From Octopus bimaculoides (Eukaryota), in the NCBI RefSeq assembly GCF_001194135.2, contig NC_068996.1, positions 49,888,309 through 49,952,041 of the forward strand: a DNA stretch of 63,733 bases, given 5' to 3'. The notes below the pieces were generated by a model. That model saw only the letters and a list, made by a program, of their open reading frames with translations, was not told the origin of the DNA and did no database searches. This document shows, piece by piece, positions 52,515 through 63,733 of this stretch. How positions within the stretch are numbered: position 1 is the first letter of the stretch; each line of letters begins with the position of its first letter. The translations under genes were made by a program, and so were the position numbers.

Positions 52515-54060
52515 ATTATTATTATCTTTTGATTTCTAAGTCTTAATGCATTTTCTTTCCAAAGATAAAGAATATTTTTCAAAAGGTTTTTTGCCTGGTT
52601 AAGTATACAGTTTGTTTGTTTTGTCACTGATTTTTTTTCTTTAATCTTTTCTTTTTTTTTATATTCTTTTTTTTTTTAGTGAGTCTTTTTCTCTTTTTGC
52701 TTCTTTCATTTATCTTTCTTCTTCTTCTTCTTCTTCTTCTTCTCCTCCTTCTCCTTCTTCTTCTTCTTCTCTCCTCCTCCTCCTCCTCCTCCTTTGTTGT
52801 TCTCATACAAAAATTAATGCTACTTAAACTAAACCATTTTAATTAAACAGTGATTTATTAAAATCCATTAATGGGACATCATACTGATAATAATATCTAT
52901 CAGTTTCTAAGAATGGAATGTTGTTGGTTTAATTTTCTTTTCGTTTTTCTTTCTTTCTTTATTTCTTTCTTTCTTTTTCTCCACACACCTCGCACCTCCC
53001 CTCCTTATGTAGATACCAACATTCTTTACTGTAGAACTCTTTTTGCTTGCTACTCGGTTACATTACCGATATCAGCCATAATTTCAATGATAAAAATGTA
53101 CACATTTGAAAAGTTCAGTGCAGGTTTTCATATTCATTTTGTTTGGCTGCAGTTCTTCACTGTTACTTGGAGATAAGAAGGAAGACAGACACCATATTTC
53201 TATTTCAAGGGGTGGAGAATTATAGGGCACCACTTATTGCATGTAACAATCAAATATCATTTTATGTGCTAAAATCTTTTTTTTTTAAATCAAAAATAAG
53301 AAGAAAAAAGACAGGAAATAAATATATAAACGAAAATAAACATGCAACATTTTAGTGATTGCTCGAAAAGCAAAACTAGTTCGTCAAGTGGGAACAGTAA
53401 ATGAGAGCATAATTAAGTTTGGGTGTAAAGGCGGCAAACTAGCAGAATCATTACCGTTCCAGACAAAATGCTTAGCTGCATTTCTTCCAACTCTTTATGT
53501 TCAGTGTTCAAATTCCAACAGGGACGACTTTACCTTCCATCCTTTTGGGGAATGACAGAAATAAGTACTATAGGTGCAGGAGTGACTGTGTGGTAAGTAG
53601 CTTGCTTACCAACCACATGGTTCAGGGTTCAATCCCACTGCGTGGCACCTTGGGCAAGTGTCTTCTACTATAGCCTTGGGTCAACCAATGTCTAGTGAGT
53701 GGATTTGGTACATGGAAACTGAAAGAAGCCCGTCGTATATATGTATATATATATGTGTATGTGTATGTGTATGTTTGTGTTGGTCCCCCTAGCATTGCTT
53801 GACACCAGGTGGTGGTGTGTTTACGTCCCCGTAACTTAGCGGTTTGGCAAAAAGAGACTGATAGAATAAGTACTAGGCTTACAAAGATTAAGTCCTAGGA
53901 TCGATTTGTTTGGCTAAAGGTGGTGCTCCAGCATGGCCGCAGTCAAATGACTGAAACAAGTAAAAGAGTAAAAGAGTGGAGTGGAGAACTTATGGGAAAT
54001 GCTGTAATTGATTTTTCCCCACCCCCTCAAAACTGCTGGCCTTGGGCCAAAATTTGAAAC

Positions 54061-54119
<59 letters not shown>

Positions 54120-55143
54120 GNNNNNNNNNNNNNNNNNNNNNNNNNNNNNNNNNNNNNNNNNNNNNNNNNNNNNNNNNNNNNNNNNNNNNNNNNNNNNNNN
54201 NNNNNNNNNNNNNNNNNNNNNNNNNNNNNNNNNNNNNNNNNNNNNNNNNNNNNNNNNNNNNNNNNNNNNNNNNNNNNNNNNNNNNNNNNNNNNNNNNNNN
54301 NNNNNNNNNNNNNNNNNNNNNNNNNNNNNNNNNNNNNNNNNNNNNNNNNNNNNNNNNNNNNNNNNNNNNNNNNNNNNNNNNNNNNNNNNNNNNNNNNNNN
54401 NNNNNNNNNNNNNNNNNNNNNNNNNNNNNNNNNNNNNNNNNNNNNNNNNNNNNNNNNNNNNNNNNNNNNNNNNNNNNNNNNNNNNNNNNNNNNNNNNNNN
54501 NNNNNNNNNNNNNNNNNNNNNNNNNNNNNNNNNNNNNNNNNNNNNNNNNNNNNNNNNNNNNNNNNNNNNNNNNNATCCACATACCTATAATCAAGGAGGT
54601 AAGCTGTCAGAATAGTGAATGCATTGGACAAATGGTTCAGCAGCATTTCTTCCAATTCCTTACATTCTAAGTTCAAATGCCACCAGGATTGGCTTTGCCT
54701 CCCTTTAAACCTGTTGGCACTCTGCCAAGATTTGAAGAAATAATTAAGTTCGTGCATAAAACTATAGAGATTTGAAATGGCTCCAGTTTGGGGTTGAGAA
54801 ATAATAGAATTTGGAATTGCCATAGAAAAGTTCCAATTTGGAATTGCTATGAAGAGACTTTACCATTATGTTTTTATATTTTATTTTCTGCTTGTTTCAG
54901 TTACTGGACTATGGTCATACTGGAGCATTTCCTTAAAGGGTGTAGTCAAACAAATCAATCCAAGAACTTTGTTTTTTCTTTTTTTCTTTTGAAAGTCTAG
55001 TACTTAATCTGTCAGTGTCTTTTGCTGAACTGCTAAGTTATGGAGATGTAAACAAACCAACACTGGTTGTCAAGTGGTGGGGGGTCAGGAAGGGATAGAG
55101 GTGCCAACAGAAGCACAAAGACATGCACACATAGATATATATA

Positions 55144-55178
<35 letters not shown>

Positions 55179-55973
55179 ACACTTAATGTCCATGTCCCAT
55201 GCTGATATGGGTTGGATGGTTTGACAGGATCTGATTCCCCTAAGGATTGCATCAGGCTCCAATTTCTGCTTTGGTACAGTTTCTATGACTGGAAACCCTT
55301 TCTAATGACAACCACTTCACAAACTGGACTGGCTGCTTTTTTTCCAGTACTATTGAGGTACTATTGAGGTCCTGTACTATTGAGTACCAGCACTATTGAG
55401 GTCACCACTATTGAGGTTACCAGTTCACTGGGCTAAGAGCCTTGGGGGTGGGAGGTGGAAGCAGGGGTTAGGTTCATGCTAGGAATGTGAGGCTTTACTA
55501 TGAGTTGGAGGGGAGGGGCAGAGCAGGTTTCTGCATTGGGATCTACATGGTTACACACATCTAGCAGTGGAGAAGGGGAGGGGTGGCAGAGAAAGACAAA
55601 GAGAAAATGATCGGGTGGGGGGTGGGGGGCTGCAAGACATAGATAATGGCAATAAGGTGCCCAAACTGAGAAGAAGTGGGAGGTTTGCATGATTGTATGA
55701 GAAGGTGAATGAGGGAGTGGGGAGGAAGAGAGCCAAAATGGGTTAGGGCTGATTGAAGGGTGAATGAGACAAAAACCATGCGGTGGGGGTGGATACAGGG
55801 ATGTAGAAGAATTGGGGCAGGGAGCAGGAGTAACAAAGATGAAACAGTTGCTGGAGTGGGTGGGGAGGACAAGAGATTATATATGGATGGAGCCAGGAGG
55901 GAAGGGGCCAGGGAGCAGGCATTATGCATGAGGTGGGGAGAGTCACAGTAATGGATGGAGAACCTAAAACTCC

Positions 55974-56006
<33 letters not shown>

Positions 56007-56301
56007 TACTGCTAAGTATTTTGCTCCATGTGCTAATTATCTGACCAGCTCATCCCCTTTCCCATCATTTAATATTCGTTTTGGATTTTGGCCCAAGGCC
56101 AGTAAGTTCAAGGAAGGAGGTAATTCAAATACATTGACCCCAGTGTTCAGCTGGTACTTACTCTATTGAACCCCAAACAAGATGAGAGGCAAGGTTGACC
56201 TCAGCAGAATTTGAACTCAGGATGTGAACAAGGCGGTGAGCTGGCAGAAACGTTAGCACGCTGGGCGAAATGCTTAGTGGTATTGCGTCTGTCGTTAGGT
56301 T

Positions 56302-56928
56302 CATCATCATCATCATCATCATCGTTTAACGTCCGCTTTCCATGCTAGCATGGGTTGGACGATTTGACTGAGGACTGGTGAAACCGGATGGCAACACCAG
56401 GCTCCAGTCTGATTTGGCAGAGTTTCTACAGCTGGATGCCCTTCCTAACGCCAACCACTCAGAGAGTGTAGTGGGTGCTTTTACNNNNNNNNNNNNNNNN
56501 NNNNNNNNNNNNNNNNNNNNNNNNNNNNNNNNNNNNNNNNNNNNNNNNNNNNNNNNNNNNNNNNNNNNNNNNNNNNNNNNNNNNNNNNNNNNNNNNNNNN
56601 NNNNNNNNNNNNNNNNNNNNNNNNNNNNNNNNNNNNNNNNNNNNNNNNNNNNNNNNNNNNNNNNNNNNNNNNNNNNNNNNNNNNNNNNNNNNNNNNNNNN
56701 NNNNNNNNNNNNNNNNNNNNNNNNNNNNNNNNNNNNNNNNNNNNNNNNNNNNNNNNNNNNNNNNNNNNNNNNNNNNNNNNNNNNNNNNNNNNNNNNNNNN
56801 NNNNNCACCACCTCAGCCCAGGTCTTCCTGGGCCTACCTCTTCCACGGGTTCCCTCAACTGTTAGGGTGTGGCACTTTTTCACGCAGCTATCCTCATCCA
56901 TTCTCACCACATGTCCATACCAGCGCAC
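56302..56928 (-). mobile_element. 5'-truncated RTE LINE inserted in a SINE
   Basis: ORF end VRWYGHVVRMDEDSCVKKCHTLTVEGTRGRGRPRKTWAEVV, then a gap, then the common 3' UTR with (CAT)n tail. The host SINE resumes at TGAGTTCAAATTC. Confidence 0.88.
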
Positions 56929-58745
56929 TGAGTTCAAATTCTGCTGAGGTCGACTTTGCCTTTCATCCTTTCAGGGTCAATAAATTAAGTACCAGTTACG
57001 CACTGGGTCGATGTAATCGACTTAATCCCTTTGTCTGTCCTTGTTTGTCCCCTCTATGTTTAGCCCCTTGTGGGCAGTAAAGAAATAAGAATTTGAACTC
57101 AGGATGTAAATGTGGATGAAATGCCACTCACAGGTGTGCTAACAATTCTGCCCGCTCAGCTCAGCTAATATTGGTTTCAAAAAACTTTGGCACAAGGTTA
57201 GTAATTTCGAGGAGGGTGGGGTGGGGGGTAAGTGGATTACATTGACCCCAGTGATTAGTTATTAGTTTTAGTTATCTTCTCAAGTCATGCTGACTCATAA
57301 GGGCTGGTTTCCTGGTTTCATGGCATAGAAAATCCCCAACAAGACGAGACACTGGTATGTCACAGGATTACTCCTTTTTTTACCAGCTAAGTGAACTGGA
57401 GCAATATGAAATGAAGTGTCTTGCTCAAGAACACATGTTGCTCAGTCCAGGAATTGAAAGCATAATCTTACTATCATGAGTCCAAACACCCTAACCACAA
57501 AAGTAAAGTTAATTTCATGAGTCATGCCGACTCCTAAGGGCCAGTTTCCAGGCTTCCATAGCATTTAAATTCCCCACCTGGATGGGACACTGGTCTGTTG
57601 CAGGGTACTCCTTTTTACCAGTTCAGTGAACTGGAGCAATGTGAAAATGAAGTGTCTTGCTCAAGGACACAATGTGTCACCCGGTCCAGGAATCAAAACC
57701 ACAATCTTACGATCATGAGTCCAACACCCCTAACCACTAAGTTGTGTGCTTCCACTAGTGTTCAACTGAAACTTATTTTATCGACCCCGAAAGAGTGAAA
57801 GCAAAGATGACCTTGGCAGAATTTGAACTCAGAACATAGTAGTGGACGAAATACCACTCAGCATTTTACCTGGTGAGCTAACAGTTCAACCAGCTTATCT
57901 CAGTTAATATTGACGGGTGTTAGTTAAGCTGTGGTCTGATGATGTCATTAACATCTGGCATTGTGATTTTGGTTGTGTTCTTCTTCTTATTATTATTATT
58001 GGTGGTGGTGATTTTATTTGTGTTATTAGTGCTACATGTGATGCTTGTAATTGTAGCTGCTGTTGTTAGTTATGCTAGAGCTATTAATGTAGCATGTGGG
58101 AATTGGTGGTTTCAGTTTATGGTTTTTAGTAAAGTAGGTGATATTAACTATACTGGTGGTTTGTATAACATGTAGTGTTGTTAGTGTGATAGGTGGTGGT
58201 GGTGGTTTTTACATTGTTGTACTTAGGTATGCACATGTTGCTAATTTTAACATGTGGTGTTAATGTAGCAAGATGTATTGACAGCTTTGGCTGATGTCAT
58301 TTACTTATTTATTTATTTATTTATCTTTTACTTGTTTCAATCATTTAATTGCAACCATGTTGGGGTGCCACCTTTTGAAGATTTTTAATTGATTAAATTA
58401 ACCCCAATCCATTTTTTTATAACTATGCCTGCCTGCCTGTCTGTCTGCCTGCCTGCCTGCCTACCTACCTACCTATCTATCTATCTATATCTATCTATCT
58501 ATCATTTCTCTATTGCCCACAAGGGGATACACATAGAGGGGACAAACAAGGACAGACAAATGGATTAAGTCGATTATATTGACCCCAGTGTGTAACTGGT
58601 ACTTAATTTATCGACCCCGAAAGGATGAAAGGCAAAGTCGACCTCAGCGGAATTTGAACTCAGAATGTAGCGGCAGACGAAATACCGCTAAGCACTTTGC
58701 CTGGCGCGCTAACGTTTCTGCCAGCTCTATCTATCTATCTATCTA

Positions 58746-58784
<39 letters not shown>

Positions 58785-58822
58785 AACTATCTGTCTGTCT
58801 GTCTGTCCGTCCGTCCGTCCAC

Positions 58823-58870
<48 letters not shown>

Positions 58871-59125
58871 TTGCATAGCAATTATTAGTTAATAGCTAAT
58901 GATTAAAGTAGATATTTATATTCATTACATTTCCCTTTATTGCATTTGAAATTATTAAAAAAAATCATTTCATAATGCACTGTCAATTAACTAATTAATC
59001 CCCATTGTCATCACATGCATTCTCGTACATATCACACAGACTAATTTAACACCTTGTTTGAGATTGTATATATTAAAAATAACTATAAGCCAAAAAAGAA
59101 GTCAGTCCTTTCTATCTGTTCATCT

Positions 59126-60323
59126 AATGGCTGGTTGGTTGGCTGGTTTGCAGGCTAGCAGTTAATCTGCATAATTATATAACTATCTATTCGTCTATAT
59201 GTTTGACTAATGAGCTCTCTAACAGCTCTACTCTAGATAAATTCAGAAAAGATTTTACAGATATCTTTAGAGAATTTTGTATGAAAATTAAAATCAACAC
59301 TGTTATAAAAATATTCATTTCCTAAACATCACGCTGAACCAGTCATAAGCATGAGATTTTCTGATTGGTACACCTATTAATAAGAAAATTACCTTCAACT
59401 TTTAATTGGTGTGGCCCACCGGATGATGAGCCATGTCTCATGCAGCCCACTTCTCAAAAAAGGTTACCCATGTCTGCCCTAAACCAAAATACAAGCAAAT
59501 AGCTTTTCAACAGAGAATCCAATTTCATATTTACACACACACATGCACACACAAAGTATCAAGCAGACCATCAAATACTGTTATACACCACTGATTATAA
59601 TGTGCTTCCAATTCTGTCTTGATTGCACCATTCTTTTACAGCTCTACCCAAATTGCTTAATTAAATTGTCTTCCCATCATCATCATGGAGGCCTTCCAAT
59701 TAGTCTTTTTCCATCTCTTGGATATCACTCAATAATTGCACAGGTCCACCTAGTGTCTGCGAACCTTGTTATATGTCTGTCACAGTGGAGCTTCTGCTTT
59801 CGGTACTCTTCAATCACATTGTTCACTCTGCTCTGTTCTTGAATTATCTCATTCCAAATGTGTTCTTTTAATAATATTTCTAGTATGGATCTAGTATGGA
59901 TCTTTCCATACTGTTGAAAAGCTATTTGCTTGTATTTTGGTTTAGGGCAGACATGGGTAACCTTTTTTGAGAAGTGGGCTGCATGAGACATGGCTCATCA
60001 TCAGGTGGGCCACACCAATTAAAAGTTGAAGGTAATTTTCTTATTAATAGGTGTACCAATCAGAAAATCTCATAGGGCTACAGTTTGCTTATGACTGGTT
60101 CAGCGTGATGTTTAGGAAATGAATATTTTTATAACAGTGTTGATTTTAATTTTCATACAAAATTCTCTAAAGATATCTGTAAAATCTTTTCTGAATTTAT
60201 CTAGAGTAGAGCTGTTAGAGAGCTCATTAGTCAAACATATAGACGAATAGATAGTTATATAATTATGCAGATTAACTGCTAGCCTGCAAACCAGCCAACC
60301 AACCAGCCAACCAACCAGCCATT
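59126..60323. repeat. Large near-identical inverted duplication (388/413-bp arms)
   Basis: Arms at 59126-59513 and 59911-60323 differ by about one substitution and two small indels (13 and 12 nt). Confidence 0.92.
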
Positions 60324-60515
60324 GCATTGTGGCTAATCAATGTTCTGTCCTCTTCTTATTTGTCCACATCTCACCTGTGTATAAGAACACATGTAGTGTG
60401 TTCTATTGAATAGTCTGACATGTATGGCATTGTCTAGCTTGGTTTTGAACAAATCCTTTATGGAGTTAAATACCTTACATCCTGCCCTTATTCTCTTTGA
60501 GATTTGAGCATCCAT
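59543..60515 (-). mobile_element. Decayed RTE-LINE fragment split by the right arm of the inverted duplication
   Basis: AQISKRIRAGCKVFNSIKDLFKTKLD...NAM (60515-60324) continues as MERSIL...EHIWNEIIQEQSRVNNVIEEY...RW (59909-59700). Confidence 0.75.
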
Positions 60516-63484
60516 ATCTCAGTGCATATTCATATATACGCATGTATCTTTTTCTTCTTATTTGTTTCAATCACTGGATTGTGGCCATGCTGGGGCACCA
60601 CCTTGAAGGGTTTTAGTTGAACAAATCAATCCCAGTATATCTTTTATCTTTTACTTGTTTCAGTCATTGCACTGTGGCCATGCTGGGANNNNNNNNNNNN
60701 NNNNNNNNNNNNNNNNNNNNNNNNNNNNNNNNNNNNNNNNNNNNNNNNNNNNNNNNNNNNNNNNNNNNNNNNNNNNNNNNNNNNNNNNNNNNNNNNNNNN
60801 NNNNNNNNNNNNNNNNNNNNNNNNNNNNNNNNNNNNNNNNNNNNNNNNNNNNNNNNNNNNNNNNNNNNNNNNNNNNNNNNNNNNNNNNNNNNNNNNNNNN
60901 NNNNNNNNNNNNNNNNNNNNNNNNNNNNNNNNNNNNNNNNNNNNNNNNNNNNNNNNNNNNNNNNNNNNNNNNNNNNNNNNNNNNNNNNNNNNNNNNNNNN
61001 NNNNNNNNNNNNNNNNNNNNNNNNNNNNNNNNNNNNNNNNNNNNNNNNNNNNNNNNNNNNNNNNNNNNNNNNNNNNNNNNNNNNNNNNNNNNNNNNNNNN
61101 NNNCAGTATATCTTTTATCTTTTACTTCTTTCAGTCATTGCACTGTGGCCATGCTGGTGCACCACCTTGAAGGGTTTTAGTTGAACAAATCAATCCCAGT
61201 ATATCTTTTATCTTTTACTTGTTTCAGTCATTGCACTGTGGCCATGCTGGGACACCACCTTGAAGGGTTTTAGTTGAACCAATCAACCCTAGGACTTGTT
61301 TTTCTTAAGCCTAGTACTTATTCTCTTGGTCACTTTTGCCAAACTACTATGATACAGTGATGTAAACAAACCAACACCAGCTGTCAAGTGGTCGTGGTAG
61401 TAGGTACAAACACACACACACACACACATCATATACAATGGATTTCTTTTAGTTGTCTACCAAATCCATTCACAAGGCTTTGCTCAGCCTGAAGCTATAG
61501 TAGAAGACATTTGCCCAAGGTGCCATGCAGTGGGACTGAACCTGGAACCATCTGGTTTGGAAACAAGCTTCTTACCACACAGTCGCACCTATACCTATGA
61601 TATATGATAAACTTTCAAATAACTCTTCTCTTATGGTCAGACATGTAATATGGCTAGTTCTTCAAACCAAAAACATGGACCATCTATGGGTTCTCACACA
61701 ATTTTTGCCGATTCAATTTTGCTCACTAAACTTGGGTTGGCACCAAGGTTTTAGTAGAAGACACTGGCCCAAGATGCTGCACCGAGGAACAATAAATAGA
61801 GACAACAAATGGTAAAAAGTAACGACCGGGCTTAATTAAATAGGCACTTGGTTTGGTTGATATGGACTGACTTAAAACCCCTCAAAGGTGATGTTCCAGC
61901 ATGGCCGCAGCCCAATGATATAAATAAAACCCAGTAAAAACAATGAAAGAATATTGTGTTTAATAGAGATGCAGTTATTAAAATGAGAGAACTGAAGTGG
62001 ACCATTCACTGGTTTGTCCTATTGCTGAGAGGTTAGCAGGAAACTTACAAGTACAGGATATGCATTATTGAAACCAGAGCAGAAAGAAGTCATCACATCC
62101 ATGGAGAGGAAAAAAAACAACAAAACAAAACAAAAAACAAAAAACAAAAACGAAACAGAACAAAAACCCACAAAAAAGAAAGAAAAAGAAAACAAATATA
62201 TTTGGTTTTCACCCACCCTATTACCACCACCACCACTGCTACTATTACTACCACCACCACCACCACCACCACAACCACCACAGCCACCACAATCACAGCG
62301 ACCACCACCGAAACCACCAGTGCAACCATCACTACCACCACCGAAACCACCACCGCAACAGNNNNNNNNNNNNNNNNNNNNNNNNNNNNNNNNNNNNNNN
62401 NNNNNNNNNNNNNNNNNNNNNNNNNNNNNNNNNNNNNNNNNNNNNNNNNNNNNNNNNNNNNNNNNNNNNNNNNNNNNNNNNNNNNNNNNNNNNNNNNNNN
62501 NNNNNNNNNNNNNNNNNNNNNNNNNNNNNNNNNNNNNNNNNNNNAACACAGCTACTTCCACCACTACATACTTCTCCACCACCATTATCTTGCCTATGAA
62601 AGCCACTAATACCACCACCAGTGCCATCGCCGCCGCAACCGTCTCTTTTACTTTCACCACTCCTGCTTCTACCACCACCATCACCACTTCTTAATATTTC
62701 CATATTTCCTTATCCTCTTTACTAAAGTAACCTGTAATTTTAAAACAACAACTTCTAAGAAATATTTTTGTTGTTGTTAAAATGTTTAAAGTGAGCGATG
62801 CCATCATTAGAATTAACCGTATACTTTATTCATGCTTTTTAACTAACCGCATCTATGGTACTGGTTAGATATGTTTTAAGAGTGCAGTAAAAGAGTGTGG
62901 ACACATCTGTGTGGTTAACAAGAATTCGTTTTACAACCACATGGTTTTGCGTTCATTCTCACGCTGTATACCCTGAATTTAATCAAAAGTTTCGTGAGGG
63001 AAATTCAGTGAATTTTCTTCTGTTATGATTCCATTCATATTTAGGATGCATTAAACCGACTTCGAAATGTGATTAATGCTATATTTCATCAATGCCAGAA
63101 AGATGAAAGAAAGATGAAAGTTGAATTTGACAGTGTTTGACAGCCTATATCTAAATAATAAAAGGTATTCTGTCTGGTGCTTAACAACCTAGTTAGGTGC
63201 AGGCTACAACATGTAATGTGGTTCCAGGTTTAACCCTACTAAGCAGAGCTTCAGGTATATACTGTTATGAACTCAGATTGAATTTATACAAGCATTAAAA
63301 AAAAGACAGTAAAATAAGGTCAGGCATGGCTGTGAGGGTAAGAAGTTTGCTTCCTAGCAAAGTAGTCTTGGGTTCAATCCCACTGCAAGCCATAGTCTTG
63401 TGAATGGATTTGGTAGATGGAAACTGTAAGAAGCTTGTCGTTTATATATAGAGAGCAGTCACCATATTTCATTCCATAATGGCT

Positions 63485-63567
63485 ATCTCTGATGAGCACA
63501 TGATTACATAATCAGACTGTCACTTAACACTCTGTTGAAACCCTAGTGTGAAACCAATTGGTAAGAT
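63485..63567 (+). ncRNA. Type I hammerhead-like motif with complete core
   Basis: Stem I ATCT/AGAT; CTGATGA (63489-63495); stem II GCAC/GTGT with a long loop; GAAA (63550-63553); perfect palindrome ACCAATTGGT; GUA site. Confidence 0.75.
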
Positions 63568-63615
63568 TGGCTGTAATGGATATATAATACTGTAAACTTT
63601 GATTAATGTGCATAT

Positions 63616-63689
<74 letters not shown>

Positions 63690-63700
63690 AATAGATAGAC

Positions 63701-63733
<33 letters not shown>

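Larger units (their letters stand above)
5150..63733. repeat. Abundant microsatellites: (TA)n, (CA)n, (CT)n, (AAT)n, (CAT)n, (ACC)n, (TCTA)n
   Basis: Seen directly throughout the window, often at gap edges and inside or after SINE/LINE copies. Confidence 0.95.

Noticed and set aside
62019-62703. Pro/Thr-rich ORFs resembling mucin or formin
   Set aside because: Degenerate (ACC)n microsatellite open in several frames on both strands, spanning a gap, with no splice support.

Overview
Repeat-dense, AT-rich animal genomic DNA with many N gaps. The repeat content (tRNA-derived SINEs, RTE-LINE 3' ends with a CAT/ATG tail) points to an octopus or other coleoid cephalopod draft assembly; this is inference. 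One protein-coding gene is supported: the 5' part of kibra/WWC on the minus strand. Five exons (35732-35605, 30923-30814, 19814-19720, 12400-12292, 11656-11497) splice in frame through GT-AG introns. They encode WW1, WW2 and the first coiled coil; the rest of the gene lies left of the window. Almost all ORFs in the supplied track are spurious (N gaps, microsatellites, repeats). Mobile DNA includes a decayed Penelope-like element (RT plus GIY-YIG), RTE and CR1/L2-like LINE fragments, several SINE families, Tc1 and Chapaev-type transposase relics, and hAT- and piggyBac-type MITEs. The main unexpected signal is eight type I hammerhead-ribozyme-like motifs with different stems, each with a palindromic or near-palindromic stem III. 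One sits in the tail of a tRNA-headed SINE, two lie in tandem and sense-oriented inside kibra intron 2, and two have complete catalytic cores. Large fold-back elements also lie close to kibra exons 3-5.
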